Shown piece by piece: positions 1-8,834 of a DNA stretch of 64,000 nucleotides (its first letter is position 1; each line of letters opens with the position of its first letter). The position numbers and the translations under genes were made by a program. The stretch spans positions 9,377-73,376 of the forward strand of contig JBDRTG010000021.1 of the NCBI GenBank assembly GCA_043824255.1. The letters run 5' to 3'. The notes under the pieces were generated by a model. That model searched no databases. It was not told where the DNA came from and saw only the letters and a list, made by a program, of their open reading frames with translations. Source of the DNA: a bacterium. Its GTDB lineage: Bacteria; JAHJDO01.

Positions 1-847
1 ACCACATCGCTACCTTGCCCATGAGACCTATCTTATTAGCGGGGCCTATATCCTTATATTTTTCTATGTAAGCAAGGTGGGCTTTGAGAACCTTTTTCTT
101 TGCAGGCAAACTTGGATTTTTAGGAGTCTCACCGTTTTTTAAATAGTTCTCAATATTTTTGAATATCCATGGATTGCCGAGCGCACCACGCGCAACCATG
201 ATTCCGTCGCATCCTGTTTCGTCAAGCATCTTTTTAGCCATGAATGGATTAAATATATTTCCGCTTCCGAATACAGGTATCTTTAAAGATTCTTTAACAG
301 CCTTTATTGATTCATAGTCAATATCACCTGAGTATCTCTGCGACACCGTCCTGCCGTGTATAAAGACTATAGAGGCGCCGTTTGCCTCGCATTCTTCAGC
401 AGTTCTAACACATTCCCCGATATCCCTTTTATCAAAACCGGTTCTTAACTTAACTGTGACGGGAATTCGCAGCTTGGAAACTAATTTTTTAATAATTTTG
501 CCAAGTAACTCTCTATTTTTTAACAAGGCTGCGCCAGCACCCTTTTTTGTTACTTTTTTTACGGGACAGGCGCTGTTTATATCCAAGAAAGATATATCAA
601 CAAGCTCTATAAGCTTTTCAGCAGCATCAAGCATTGCAAAAGGGTCTGCACCCAGCAGTTGAGCGGAAATTGGGGAATCTTTCTTAAGGGTTTTTATGAG
701 GTGCCTGTTTTTCAGACGGTCATAAACTATAGCTTTTGAATCAAGCATTTCAAAGAAGCAGTGTTCTGCGCCTAATTCGCGGCTTATAAGCCGAAAAGCG
801 AGGTCTGTTACTCCGGACATAGGAGCCAGATATATTTTGGGATTCAT
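1..847 (-). CDS. dusB: tRNA-dihydrouridine synthase (3' end runs off the window)
   Basis: Not in the ORF track. Manual translation from ATG at 847 gives MNPKIYLAPMSGVTDLAFR...QLLG...DINSACPVKK...GAGAALLK...HGRT...GSGNIF...GCDGIMVARGALGNPWIF, the Dus motifs. Confidence 0.92.
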   Translation of the reverse strand, partial: MNPKIYLAPMSGVTDLAFRLISRELGAEHCFFEMLDSKAIVYDRLKNRHLIKTLKKDSPISAQLLGADPFAMLDAAEKLIELVDISFLDINSACPVKKVTKKGAGAALLKNRELLGKIIKKLVSKLRIPVTVKLRTGFDKRDIGECVRTAEECEANGASIVFIHGRTVSQRYSGDIDYESIKAVKESLKIPVFGSGNIFNPFMAKKMLDETGCDGIMVARGALGNPWIFKNIENYLKNGETPKNPSLPAKKKVLKAHLAYIEKYKDIGPANKIGLMGKVAMW

Positions 848-854
848 AGCAATT

Positions 855-887
855 ATTATACCATAAGCCCCAATCCTTTGATATAAT
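855..887. promoter_or_regulatory. Back-to-back extended -10 promoters for dusB and maf, probably giving leaderless transcripts
   Basis: TGgTATAAT on the - strand (855-863) lies 7 nt before the dusB ATG. TGaTATAAT on the + strand (879-887) lies 6 nt before the maf ATG. Neither gene has an SD. Confidence 0.6.
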
Positions 888-893
888 AAACAA

Positions 894-1496
894 ATGCTGA
901 AATACAACATAATATTAGCGTCGGAGTCAAAGAGACGTTCAAAGATACTTAAAGAATGCGGGATACCTCACGAAGTTATTGTAAGCAACGTTCATGAGAA
1001 GATGGACCATAAAAAGGGTGCGAAGTTTAACGTCCTGCATAATGCCAGGGTCAAGGCCGAAAAAATAGCGGTCGGATACAAGGAAGGTTATATTATCGGA
1101 GCTGATACTCTTGTTTTGTTAAAAAAGCGTCTCGTCGGAAAACCAAACACAAGAAAAGAGGCAATATCTCTTCTCAAGGCATTCTCAGGAAAAACAATCT
1201 TTGTCTATACAGGTCTTTGCGTAATAGACGCTAAAAGAGGTAGATCAGAAAGCTCTGTCGATGTATCAAAGGTCCGCGTCAAAAAGCTCTCGCTCAAAAA
1301 AATAGATGAATTTGTGGCTGTAGCCGGGCCCAACGACAAGGCGGGTGGTTTTTCAATAGAAGGCCCCGGGGCATTTATATTTGATAATATAGAAGGCTCG
1401 TTTTATAATGTACTGGGTCTGTCCATGATGAAGCTTGATGAACTTTTTGAAAAATTAGGTGTAGATCTTTTAGGAGAAGTCATTGGCAAAAAGTAA
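894..1496 (+). CDS. maf: Maf family nucleoside triphosphate pyrophosphatase
   Basis: IILASESKRR, IGADT, GKP, DKAGGFSIEG, EGSFYNVLGL motifs. Confidence 0.93.
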   Translation: MLKYNIILASESKRRSKILKECGIPHEVIVSNVHEKMDHKKGAKFNVLHNARVKAEKIAVGYKEGYIIGADTLVLLKKRLVGKPNTRKEAISLLKAFSGKTIFVYTGLCVIDAKRGRSESSVDVSKVRVKKLSLKKIDEFVAVAGPNDKAGGFSIEGPGAFIFDNIEGSFYNVLGLSMMKLDELFEKLGVDLLGEVIGKK

Positions 1497-2232
1497 AAAT
1501 TCCACAATGTTATACGGAAGAAACTCAGTTTTTGAGCGATTAAAGACAAATCCTCAAACCATAAAAAAGATCTTTCTGCAGGATAATTTCAATGTGCCTC
1601 ATATAGAAAAATTAATAGGAGAAAATTCTATTCCCTCTGAACGCCTGTCTCATCAGGGACTGGAGAGAATTAAACATGCTAAAGATCTTCAGGGCATAGT
1701 TGCCAGTGTAGATGAATTCAAATATGTACCTTTTGATGATTTGGTGAATTCCTCTAAAAGCAAGCAGTTAACATTTATATTTCTCGATAGGATAAACGAT
1801 CCTCACAACTTAGGAGTCATTATTCGCACCGCCGCCTGTTTTGGCAGACTTGCTGTTATTATTCCGAAATTTGAGGCTTGCGAAGTGAATGAAACAGTTC
1901 AGCATGTGGCTTCAGGAGGAGAGAATTATGTGCCAATATCAATGGTAACGAACCTTTGCGATGCCATAATTGATGCAAAGGCTCGCGGATATTGGATACT
2001 GGGGACGGTTATGGCTGATGATTCTAAGGATATAAATAAAGTTGACTTCCCTTTTCCTCTGGGCATTGTGTTAGGATCTGAAGGAAAAGGTATTCGCCAT
2101 GGAGTACAAAAATATCTTGATATAAAGGTTCGGATTCCTATGAACGGCGCCAAACTTTCATTCAATGTCAATATAGCCTGCGCTATTCTTTGCCATGAGA
2201 TATCAAAGCAAAGCGGCAGGGTGATGCATTAA
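1483..2232 (+). CDS. rlmB: TrmH/SpoU family 23S rRNA Gm2251 methyltransferase
   Basis: LYGRNSV, DRINDPHNLGVIIRTA, LGSEGKG, IPM..SFNVNIA SPOUT motifs. TTG start with AGGAG upstream. Confidence 0.88.
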   Translation: MAKSKNSTMLYGRNSVFERLKTNPQTIKKIFLQDNFNVPHIEKLIGENSIPSERLSHQGLERIKHAKDLQGIVASVDEFKYVPFDDLVNSSKSKQLTFIFLDRINDPHNLGVIIRTAACFGRLAVIIPKFEACEVNETVQHVASGGENYVPISMVTNLCDAIIDAKARGYWILGTVMADDSKDINKVDFPFPLGIVLGSEGKGIRHGVQKYLDIKVRIPMNGAKLSFNVNIACAILCHEISKQSGRVMH

Positions 2233-2304
2233 CTATTATAATTTGATATAATATGAACTGAAATTAGAGACAGATATATTCAGTTGTTGATGTAGGAGGT
2301 AAAA

Positions 2305-3369
2305 ATGTTTAAGTTTATTAAAAGAGTTTCAAAAACTGCGGGGCTCGTACCCGGCGAGCTTGTTCATATAGGAGAAAGGAAGATAGATAAAATAGAGATA
2401 TCGGTGCTGGATTATGATGATAAGAATTTTCACGAAAAAGAAATTACCAATATTGAAGAAACTTTTTCATTTAAAGATACCCCAACAGTTACCTGGATTA
2501 ATATTAACGGATTGCATGAACTGGATGTTATTGAGAAGATTGGCAATAATTTTGAAATGCACCCTTTAATTCTTGAGGATATCGTTAATACCAGTCAACG
2601 TCCTAAATATGAAGATTTTGATAAATATATCTTTGTAGTTTTTAAAATGCTTATGTTTGATGAGGTAAAGAAAGAAATAATTTCAGAGCAGGTGAGCTTA
2701 ATTTTTGGTTCTAATTTTGTAATATCTTTTCAAGAGAGAAAAGGCGATGTATTTAATCCTGTTCGCCAACGTATACGTAATGATAAGGGAAGGATCAGAA
2801 AAATGGGGGCGGATTATCTTGCCTACAGTCTTTTGGACGCCGTTGTTGATAATTATTTTTCTATTTTAGAAAGACTTGGCGAAAAAATTGAAGATCTGGA
2901 AGAAGAGTTACTTACCAATCCTACACCGCAAACTCTGAAGGCTATTCATAATTTAAAACGAGATACGATATTCTTAAGAAAATCCGTATGGCCTTTACGT
3001 GAAGTTACCAGTGGTCTTGAACGGAATGAGTCTAAACTTATAAAAAAGGGTACGCATATATTTTTGCGTGATGTCTATGACCATACCATTCAAGCTATAG
3101 ATACCATTGAAACATTCAGGGATATGGTTTCTGGTATATTTGATATTTATTTATCCAGTGTAAGCAACCGGATGAATGAAATAATGAAAGTTTTGACGAT
3201 ATTTGCAGCGATCTTTATCCCTTTAACATTTATAGCCGGTGTTTATGGGATGAATTTTGAATTCATGCCGGAATTGAAAATGAAATGGGGATATTTTACA
3301 TTGTTGGGCTTTATGGCTGTTGTTGGTTTTGGAATGTTGTTTTATTTTAGAAGAAAAAAGTGGATGTAA
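2305..3369 (+). CDS. corA: Magnesium/cobalt transporter CorA
   Basis: HPLILEDI, QRPK, YGMNF signature, MPEL and two C-terminal TM helices. Strong AGGAGG SD. Confidence 0.96.
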   Translation: MFKFIKRVSKTAGLVPGELVHIGERKIDKIEISVLDYDDKNFHEKEITNIEETFSFKDTPTVTWININGLHELDVIEKIGNNFEMHPLILEDIVNTSQRPKYEDFDKYIFVVFKMLMFDEVKKEIISEQVSLIFGSNFVISFQERKGDVFNPVRQRIRNDKGRIRKMGADYLAYSLLDAVVDNYFSILERLGEKIEDLEEELLTNPTPQTLKAIHNLKRDTIFLRKSVWPLREVTSGLERNESKLIKKGTHIFLRDVYDHTIQAIDTIETFRDMVSGIFDIYLSSVSNRMNEIMKVLTIFAAIFIPLTFIAGVYGMNFEFMPELKMKWGYFTLLGFMAVVGFGMLFYFRRKKWM

Positions 3370-3384
3370 TAATCAGGAATAAGC

Positions 3385-4071
3385 ATGGAAGCTCAGGATT
3401 ATTATAATATTTTAGGCGTAAATAAGAATGCTTCTCCTTCAGAGATTAAAGCAGCATACCGCAAACTGGCTGTTAAGTATCATCCCGATAGATGTCCGGA
3501 GGAAAAGAAAAAAGAATGCGAGGAGAAATTCAAAGAGGTTGCAGCCGCATATTACGCTTTGGGCGATGCAAAAAGACGCAAGGAATATGATGATTATAAA
3601 AAAGGCGATTATGTATTTAGAAGCGGGCATGGCTCCGGAGACTTTGCCTCACAAACAGGGTTTGATTTCGAAGATTTAATGAAGCATTTTCATGCTTCCA
3701 GATCACGTGAGACCCAGCAGCAAAGAGGATTTAACAGATATTTCTCTTTTGATGATTTATCTGATATTTTTGAAGGAGTGAGTTCAGGGCAAGGCGATCA
3801 AGGCGGAGGCGCCTATACAACTTATCAATTCGCGAATACAGGGGGTCAACAAAAACATGATACAGATACATATGCAAATATAAAGATTCCCCAAAATCTT
3901 GCTATGAACGGAGGTCAGGTTAAAGTTAAATTAAGCGATGCAAGAACAATTACACTGAAGATAAATCCCGGCACAAAAAATGGTCAGAAATTAAGGTTGA
4001 AAGGTATCGGGACAATGTGTCCTACGTGTGACCATAAGGGAGATCTAATAGTTTCTATACGTTATTTATAA
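3385..4071 (+). CDS. J-domain co-chaperone (CbpA/DnaJ-like, single C-terminal domain)
   Basis: [11 protein letters not shown] motif, G/F-rich linker, [18 protein letters not shown]. Confidence 0.85.
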   Translation: MEAQDYYNILGVNKNASPSEIKAAYRKLAVKYHPDRCPEEKKKECEEKFKEVAAAYYALGDAKRRKEYDDYKKGDYVFRSGHGSGDFASQTGFDFEDLMKHFHASRSRETQQQRGFNRYFSFDDLSDIFEGVSSGQGDQGGGAYTTYQFANTGGQQKHDTDTYANIKIPQNLAMNGGQVKVKLSDARTITLKINPGTKNGQKLRLKGIGTMCPTCDHKGDLIVSIRYL

Positions 4072-4091
4072 ACAAAAACAAGGAGGGTTCT

Positions 4092-4361
4092 ATGAGCAGT
4101 AAAAGAAGTTTTAGTTTTGATGAAGCAAAGAAAATTGGAGAGCAGCTGGGGATAAAGTGGGATAAATTTGATGTGGAGCAGTTTCGAATGGGGATGGATG
4201 TGGAGTTAGAGCATGGTTTAGTTAGCCCAGCAACAAATGTTACCGATGATGACCCCTTGACCACAGGAAAGATTGCGCTTGCCCACTTAGAAGAGTTTTC
4301 TGATTATTATACGAGATTAGAAAAGATGGAAAAAGAGGCAGATAAATTTTGGGGAAAATAA
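4092..4361 (+). CDS. DUF5661-like small protein
   Basis: FDVEQFRMGMDVELEH...KIALAHLEE..DYYTRLEKME pattern. Strong SD. Confidence 0.75.
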   Translation: MSSKRSFSFDEAKKIGEQLGIKWDKFDVEQFRMGMDVELEHGLVSPATNVTDDDPLTTGKIALAHLEEFSDYYTRLEKMEKEADKFWGK

Positions 4362-4379
4362 GGATAAGGAGATAGAGCA

Positions 4380-4721
4380 ATGATTCTTGAAAAAGGTGAG
4401 AAAGTTCATATCGTTGAACGTAGATATTTCCAGGATGATGTGCGGAGACATTTCTGCGGTGAAGTAATAGATTTAGCTGAACACCTTCTCAGGGTAGCAG
4501 GTAGTGTTTGGGCATGGGACGCTCGGATCAATCAGTTTACAAAAAGAGAAAGTAAAAGAGAGCGTGTTTTTTGTCTGGGCGATAGGTTAACAATCAACAT
4601 CCTGCCCAGAGAAGCTGATCTGGAGAATGTTTTATATATCTATGATAAAAAGAAAGGACATATAGCGACTGATGGTAAGTCTTTTTCTCTTAATATTACT
4701 GAGTTTAGTATTATAATATAG
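4380..4721 (+). CDS. Hypothetical protein
   Basis: 113-aa ORF with AAGGAG SD, co-oriented with its neighbours. Confidence 0.7.
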   Translation: MILEKGEKVHIVERRYFQDDVRRHFCGEVIDLAEHLLRVAGSVWAWDARINQFTKRESKRERVFCLGDRLTINILPREADLENVLYIYDKKKGHIATDGKSFSLNITEFSIII

Positions 4722-4763
4722 CCGGATAAGACAAAAATAATTTAAAAGGAGTGAAAGAAGGAG

Positions 4764-5005
4764 ATGACGGTAGTATTAGAAACCAACCATGGAATAATAG
4801 AAATTAAGTTAATGCCGGACCAGGGACAAACGGCAGTCAGTTTTTCATTACCGTAATCAAGACACCATGGCTGAATATGCACCACACTATTTTCGGTGAG
4901 GTAACATCAGGCTATGACGTTGTTGAGAAATTAGAAAACACACCCACGAGCCAGGACAAGCCCACTACTGAACAGAAGATTATAAAGGCCTACTTAAAGA
5001 AATAA
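4764..5005 (+). pseudogene. Cyclophilin-type peptidyl-prolyl isomerase with internal deletion and frameshift
   Basis: The frame from 4764 reads [20 protein letters not shown] different frame from 4811 reads [36 protein letters not shown]...KIIKA*. The central part of the domain is absent. Confidence 0.85.
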
Positions 5006-5112
5006 CTTTGACTACCCAGAAAGCAATTGATAAGGGAAACGTTTTGTAGTATACCTATTAACGATAATCAAGGAGAAGTCCCATGTTAGAATTAGGGACA
5101 TTAAAAGAGTGG

Positions 5113-5150
5113 AACCTTCGTGGGTAAAGAGCTGCGAGGGTTTTTTATTT
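5113..5150 (+). terminator. Possible intrinsic terminator
   Basis: AACCTTCG...CGAGGGTT stem (one G-U pair) followed by TTTTATTT. Confidence 0.4.
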
Positions 5151-5173
5151 GTGGGTAAAAGAATGGAAGATGC

Positions 5174-5317
5174 ATGAAAAAAAGAAAATTAATTTGTAAG
5201 AAATGTGGATATAAATTTGAAGAGGAAGCTGTAGATCCAGATGAAGCTAGAGAGAAAAGAGTACGTACATCTCAGATTCGTTGCCCTAAATGTGGTGGTG
5301 AAGTAGCTTTTTTATAA
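5174..5317 (+). CDS. Small zinc-ribbon protein (47 aa)
   Basis: Manual translation MKKRKLICKKCGYKFEEE...IRCPKCGGEVAFL shows two CxxCG knuckles. Below the ORF-track cutoff. Confidence 0.75.
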   Translation: MKKRKLICKKCGYKFEEEAVDPDEAREKRVRTSQIRCPKCGGEVAFL

Positions 5318-5390
5318 TTAAAGCTAGTTACCTTAAATACCTGTGGTGTGTTTTGAAGAGAAAGTATTCACGTTAGAAAAATGGGTCAGT

Positions 5391-6533
5391 ATGAAAAAGG
5401 TTGGACGAAATGATCCTTGCCCTTGCAGTAGTGGGAAGAAGTATAAAAAATGTTGTTTGAATAAAACAGTTTCACAGAGGAAGCCTATCATCCCTATCTC
5501 CCCCGAAATTATAAAGCAATTTCAAAAACACCAAAAAAAAGAAAGCGAAAGAATTTCTAAATTTGGTAAAGTAAGACCAGATATAGGAATTAGCTTTAAG
5601 GGTTATAAGTTTTTAGCCGTTGGTAGCAAATTATTCCATTCTCAAAAATGGAAACACTATCTTGATTTTTTACTTGAATATCTTCCCACTGTGTTCGGCA
5701 AAGAGTGGGGGCAAGCTGAACTAGCAAAGCCATTTGAAGAACAACACCAAATAGCACAGTGGAGAAAGAAAGCTTATGAGTTTATGAAAAAACATAATGG
5801 CACACAAGGAGTAATCCCCAATGGATTTCTTGCAGCGTATTCCGTTCTCGCATATGATTTATATATAGTGGAAAGTAACGGTAGATTAGATGATGAACTT
5901 TTAAGTAGATTAAAACACCGAGCACAATTTCAAGGCGCCAGACATGAGTTATTTGCGGAGGCAACCTGTCTAAGAGCAGGATATGTAATTGAACATGAAA
6001 ATGAGAAAGATAAAAGTAAAAGACATGTTGAATTCACGGCTACCCATAAATCAACGAAACAGAAAATTTCTGTTGAGGCGAAAAGTAAGCATAGAGCGGG
6101 TATTCTTGGCTTCCCTGGTAAACCTCAATCAGAAAAAGAATTAAATTTACGATTTGGGAATCTTATAAATGACGCAATAAGAAAAAATCCACCTCATCCT
6201 TTAGTAATATTCCTTGATACGAACCTGCCAACAACTATTGCAAATAGAATTTACAGACCAGAGTCAATCAACCCAACCATACCACCAAAGCTCTTCATGA
6301 AGCTTCTTGACCGCATAAGAAAAGAACATGAGGAAAAAGATCCATATAATCTTATCGTATTTACTAATCACGCATATTCCTATGCGAAAGAAGACGAAGT
6401 AGACCCAAAGAAAGATATGCTTTCCGTCATATCTCAAATACCCATTAAACCACCAACCAACTTTCAGGCTATTATCGACCTATGTGAAGCCGCAGACAAA
6501 TATGGAAATATCCCCCAAGACTTACCATCTTAA
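5391..6533 (+). CDS. SEC-C motif protein with uncharacterised C-terminal domain (possible PD-(D/E)xK fold)
   Basis: N-terminal KVGRNDPCPCSSGKKYKKCC. Later VEF...SVEAKSK resembles a nuclease core. ATG at 5391 preferred over GTG at 5343. Confidence 0.7.
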   Translation: MKKVGRNDPCPCSSGKKYKKCCLNKTVSQRKPIIPISPEIIKQFQKHQKKESERISKFGKVRPDIGISFKGYKFLAVGSKLFHSQKWKHYLDFLLEYLPTVFGKEWGQAELAKPFEEQHQIAQWRKKAYEFMKKHNGTQGVIPNGFLAAYSVLAYDLYIVESNGRLDDELLSRLKHRAQFQGARHELFAEATCLRAGYVIEHENEKDKSKRHVEFTATHKSTKQKISVEAKSKHRAGILGFPGKPQSEKELNLRFGNLINDAIRKNPPHPLVIFLDTNLPTTIANRIYRPESINPTIPPKLFMKLLDRIRKEHEEKDPYNLIVFTNHAYSYAKEDEVDPKKDMLSVISQIPIKPPTNFQAIIDLCEAADKYGNIPQDLPS

Positions 6534-6594
6534 TGTTTCCCTAATCCCCTCCCCCATTCCCTAGCTGATAGTTTCCTGCTATAATACCCCCGCT

Positions 6595-7698
6595 ATGAAA
6601 GTATATATCAAAACCTTCGGCTGTCAGATGAATAAGCATGATTCAGAGGTGGTTTTGGGACTGCTGTTGAGTCAGGGTTATAAAGCGGTAGAAAGTAGGG
6701 AAAAAGCCGATGTTATCTTAGTAAACACCTGTTCAGTGAGAAAACATGCCGAAGACAAGGTATACAGCATGCTGGGAGAATTGACGAAACTCAAAAAAAG
6801 TAAGCCCGACCTTATTGTCGGAGTCATGGGCTGTATGGCTCAGAAGGACAAGAAAGTTATTTTTAAACGCTCTTCAAATGTAAACTTTGTGTGCGGTACG
6901 CATAATTTTCAGAGAATACCTGAGATGATAAAAACCGTAGCTAAACAAAAAACAAAAATAGACCTTACGGAGATGGGAAAACAGGTTTTCGTCTCCCCCA
7001 CTCTGTCTTCCAGAGGAGAGAAGAATTCTGCATGGGTCTCTATAATGAAGGGCTGTGATAATTTCTGCTCATACTGCATTGTGCCTTATGTAAGAGGCAG
7101 AGAAATTTCCAGGTCTGCAGATGATATTATGCGGGAGGTCAAAGAACTTGCTCATGCAGGGTATAAAAAAGTAACGCTATTAGGACAAAACGTTAATTCA
7201 TACGGCAAGGGGCTGAATGAAAATGTTGATTTCTCCGACTTGCTTAAACTGATTCACAGAATAGAGGGTATTGAATTAATAGACTTTGCAACATCTCATC
7301 CCAAAGACATTTCCCTGAAACTGATTGATGCTGTAGCAAGTCTGGAAAAAGTGAGCAGATACTTTCACTTTCCTCTGCAGTCAGGTTCGGACAAGATCCT
7401 TCATTTAATGAATCGAGGATATACTCTGTCTCATTATATGGAAATAGTTAATAAACTGAGAGAGAAAATACATAATATTAAGCTTGGAACAGATATTATT
7501 GTGGGATTTCCGGGAGAAGATGAAACAGATTTTAATCAAACCTATCAGGTAATAAAAGGAATAAAATTTTCTCAGGTCTATATGTTTAAATATTCCCCGC
7601 GTCAGGGAACAGCCGCATTCAAGCTTAAGGATAACGTCACTGAACAGATAAAAAAAGACAGATTAAATAAAATAATAAATTTGCAAAGGTCTATTTAA
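6595..7698 (+). CDS. miaB: tRNA methylthiotransferase MiaB, lacking the C-terminal TRAM domain
   Basis: TFGCQMN, NTCSVR, GCMAQ (UPF0004 domain), radical SAM GCDNFCSYCIVP, LGQNVNSY, TDIIVGFPGE, YSPRQGT. Confidence 0.9.
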   Translation: MKVYIKTFGCQMNKHDSEVVLGLLLSQGYKAVESREKADVILVNTCSVRKHAEDKVYSMLGELTKLKKSKPDLIVGVMGCMAQKDKKVIFKRSSNVNFVCGTHNFQRIPEMIKTVAKQKTKIDLTEMGKQVFVSPTLSSRGEKNSAWVSIMKGCDNFCSYCIVPYVRGREISRSADDIMREVKELAHAGYKKVTLLGQNVNSYGKGLNENVDFSDLLKLIHRIEGIELIDFATSHPKDISLKLIDAVASLEKVSRYFHFPLQSGSDKILHLMNRGYTLSHYMEIVNKLREKIHNIKLGTDIIVGFPGEDETDFNQTYQVIKGIKFSQVYMFKYSPRQGTAAFKLKDNVTEQIKKDRLNKIINLQRSI

Positions 7699-8834
7699 GA
7701 CGGTTCCTGCCAGTAAATGTATTCAGAAGTGTCATAAGGAACCTTTATTATCTCACGATAGATTTCGTGATGTGCTTTGGCAGTCTTTCCCCAGTTAACT
7801 TTCTCTTTTACATATCGGAGCATATTCGTTTTGCATTGATTATAAAGTTTTGTATCTGTAAGAAGCCTACAAATACAGTTTGTATATTCACTGTCATCAT
7901 TTGCAACCAATCCGCAACCACTCGCCTCAAGCCAATTTTTCAAGCCCTTTAAGTTTGAGGTAACAACAGGTTTATTAAACGCTGTGCACTGAGCAAGTAT
8001 TCCACTTTGAGAACCCCTTTCGTAAGGGAGCACGGCTATATCACTTGCAGAAAGTATTGTATCAAATGTATATTGTGGAAACTGACCTCTTAGAACAATG
8101 ATTTTATCGCTTACAGGTGAATTATTAATAGCATTAAAGAATTTTTTCTGATAATCCATATACTCGTATCCCCTCATTTTTCCTGCAACGACCAGAACGA
8201 CATCATCCAATCTTTTACACACCTCAGGAAAGATATCCACAATCTTATGAAAACATTTTGTAGGTCTAAAATATCCGCATAGAAGTATCGCTTTTTTGTT
8301 CTCTATCTGAAGTTTCTTTTTTGCATCCTGAATTGCATTTACCTCCCTGACTCCGTGGGGTATAACGTGGATTTTCTCTTCATATCCAAAGCAATCTACC
8401 AATGTATCCCTTTGAAACTCTTCGTGAACAATTACTGAAGAGCTTTCCCCCACAATATTTCCTAAGATAATCTTCTCCTGTCTTCCCAATTTTTCACCTA
8501 CTGTATGCAGAGTAACTACAACCGGTGTACCAATCATCCTGTAACGGGCTATAAGATCTACTATCTGAACACCCTTTAAAAGTCCGTATAAGCCATATTC
8601 GTGCTGAATATGAACCAGATCTGGTGTTATCTTTGTACTGGTATTGAAAATCTGGGAAGCTATTTCATTACTCTCTACAGAATAGACGGGAAATACGTTC
8701 TTTCCCTGCGCGCTAATCTGACTTACAATGTAGATTTCATTGTTGAGCAGTTTAAGCTCATCTGTAAGATACTTGGTATAAGTTCCAATTCCACATTCAA
8801 TAGGAGGATATGTAGAAACAAAACATATTCTCAT
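7695..8834 (-). CDS. Glycosyltransferase family 4
   Basis: STYPPIECGIGTY, HIQHEYGLY, VIPHG, LPY..SQSG; GT-B fold pattern. Confidence 0.85.
   Translation of the reverse strand: MRICFVSTYPPIECGIGTYTKYLTDELKLLNNEIYIVSQISAQGKNVFPVYSVESNEIASQIFNTSTKITPDLVHIQHEYGLYGLLKGVQIVDLIARYRMIGTPVVVTLHTVGEKLGRQEKIILGNIVGESSSVIVHEEFQRDTLVDCFGYEEKIHVIPHGVREVNAIQDAKKKLQIENKKAILLCGYFRPTKCFHKIVDIFPEVCKRLDDVVLVVAGKMRGYEYMDYQKKFFNAINNSPVSDKIIVLRGQFPQYTFDTILSASDIAVLPYERGSQSGILAQCTAFNKPVVTSNLKGLKNWLEASGCGLVANDDSEYTNCICRLLTDTKLYNQCKTNMLRYVKEKVNWGKTAKAHHEIYREIIKVPYDTSEYIYWQEPS

Noticed and set aside
2233..2304. Mg2+ riboswitch upstream of corA
   Set aside because: About 70 nt including the promoter, which is too short and unstructured.
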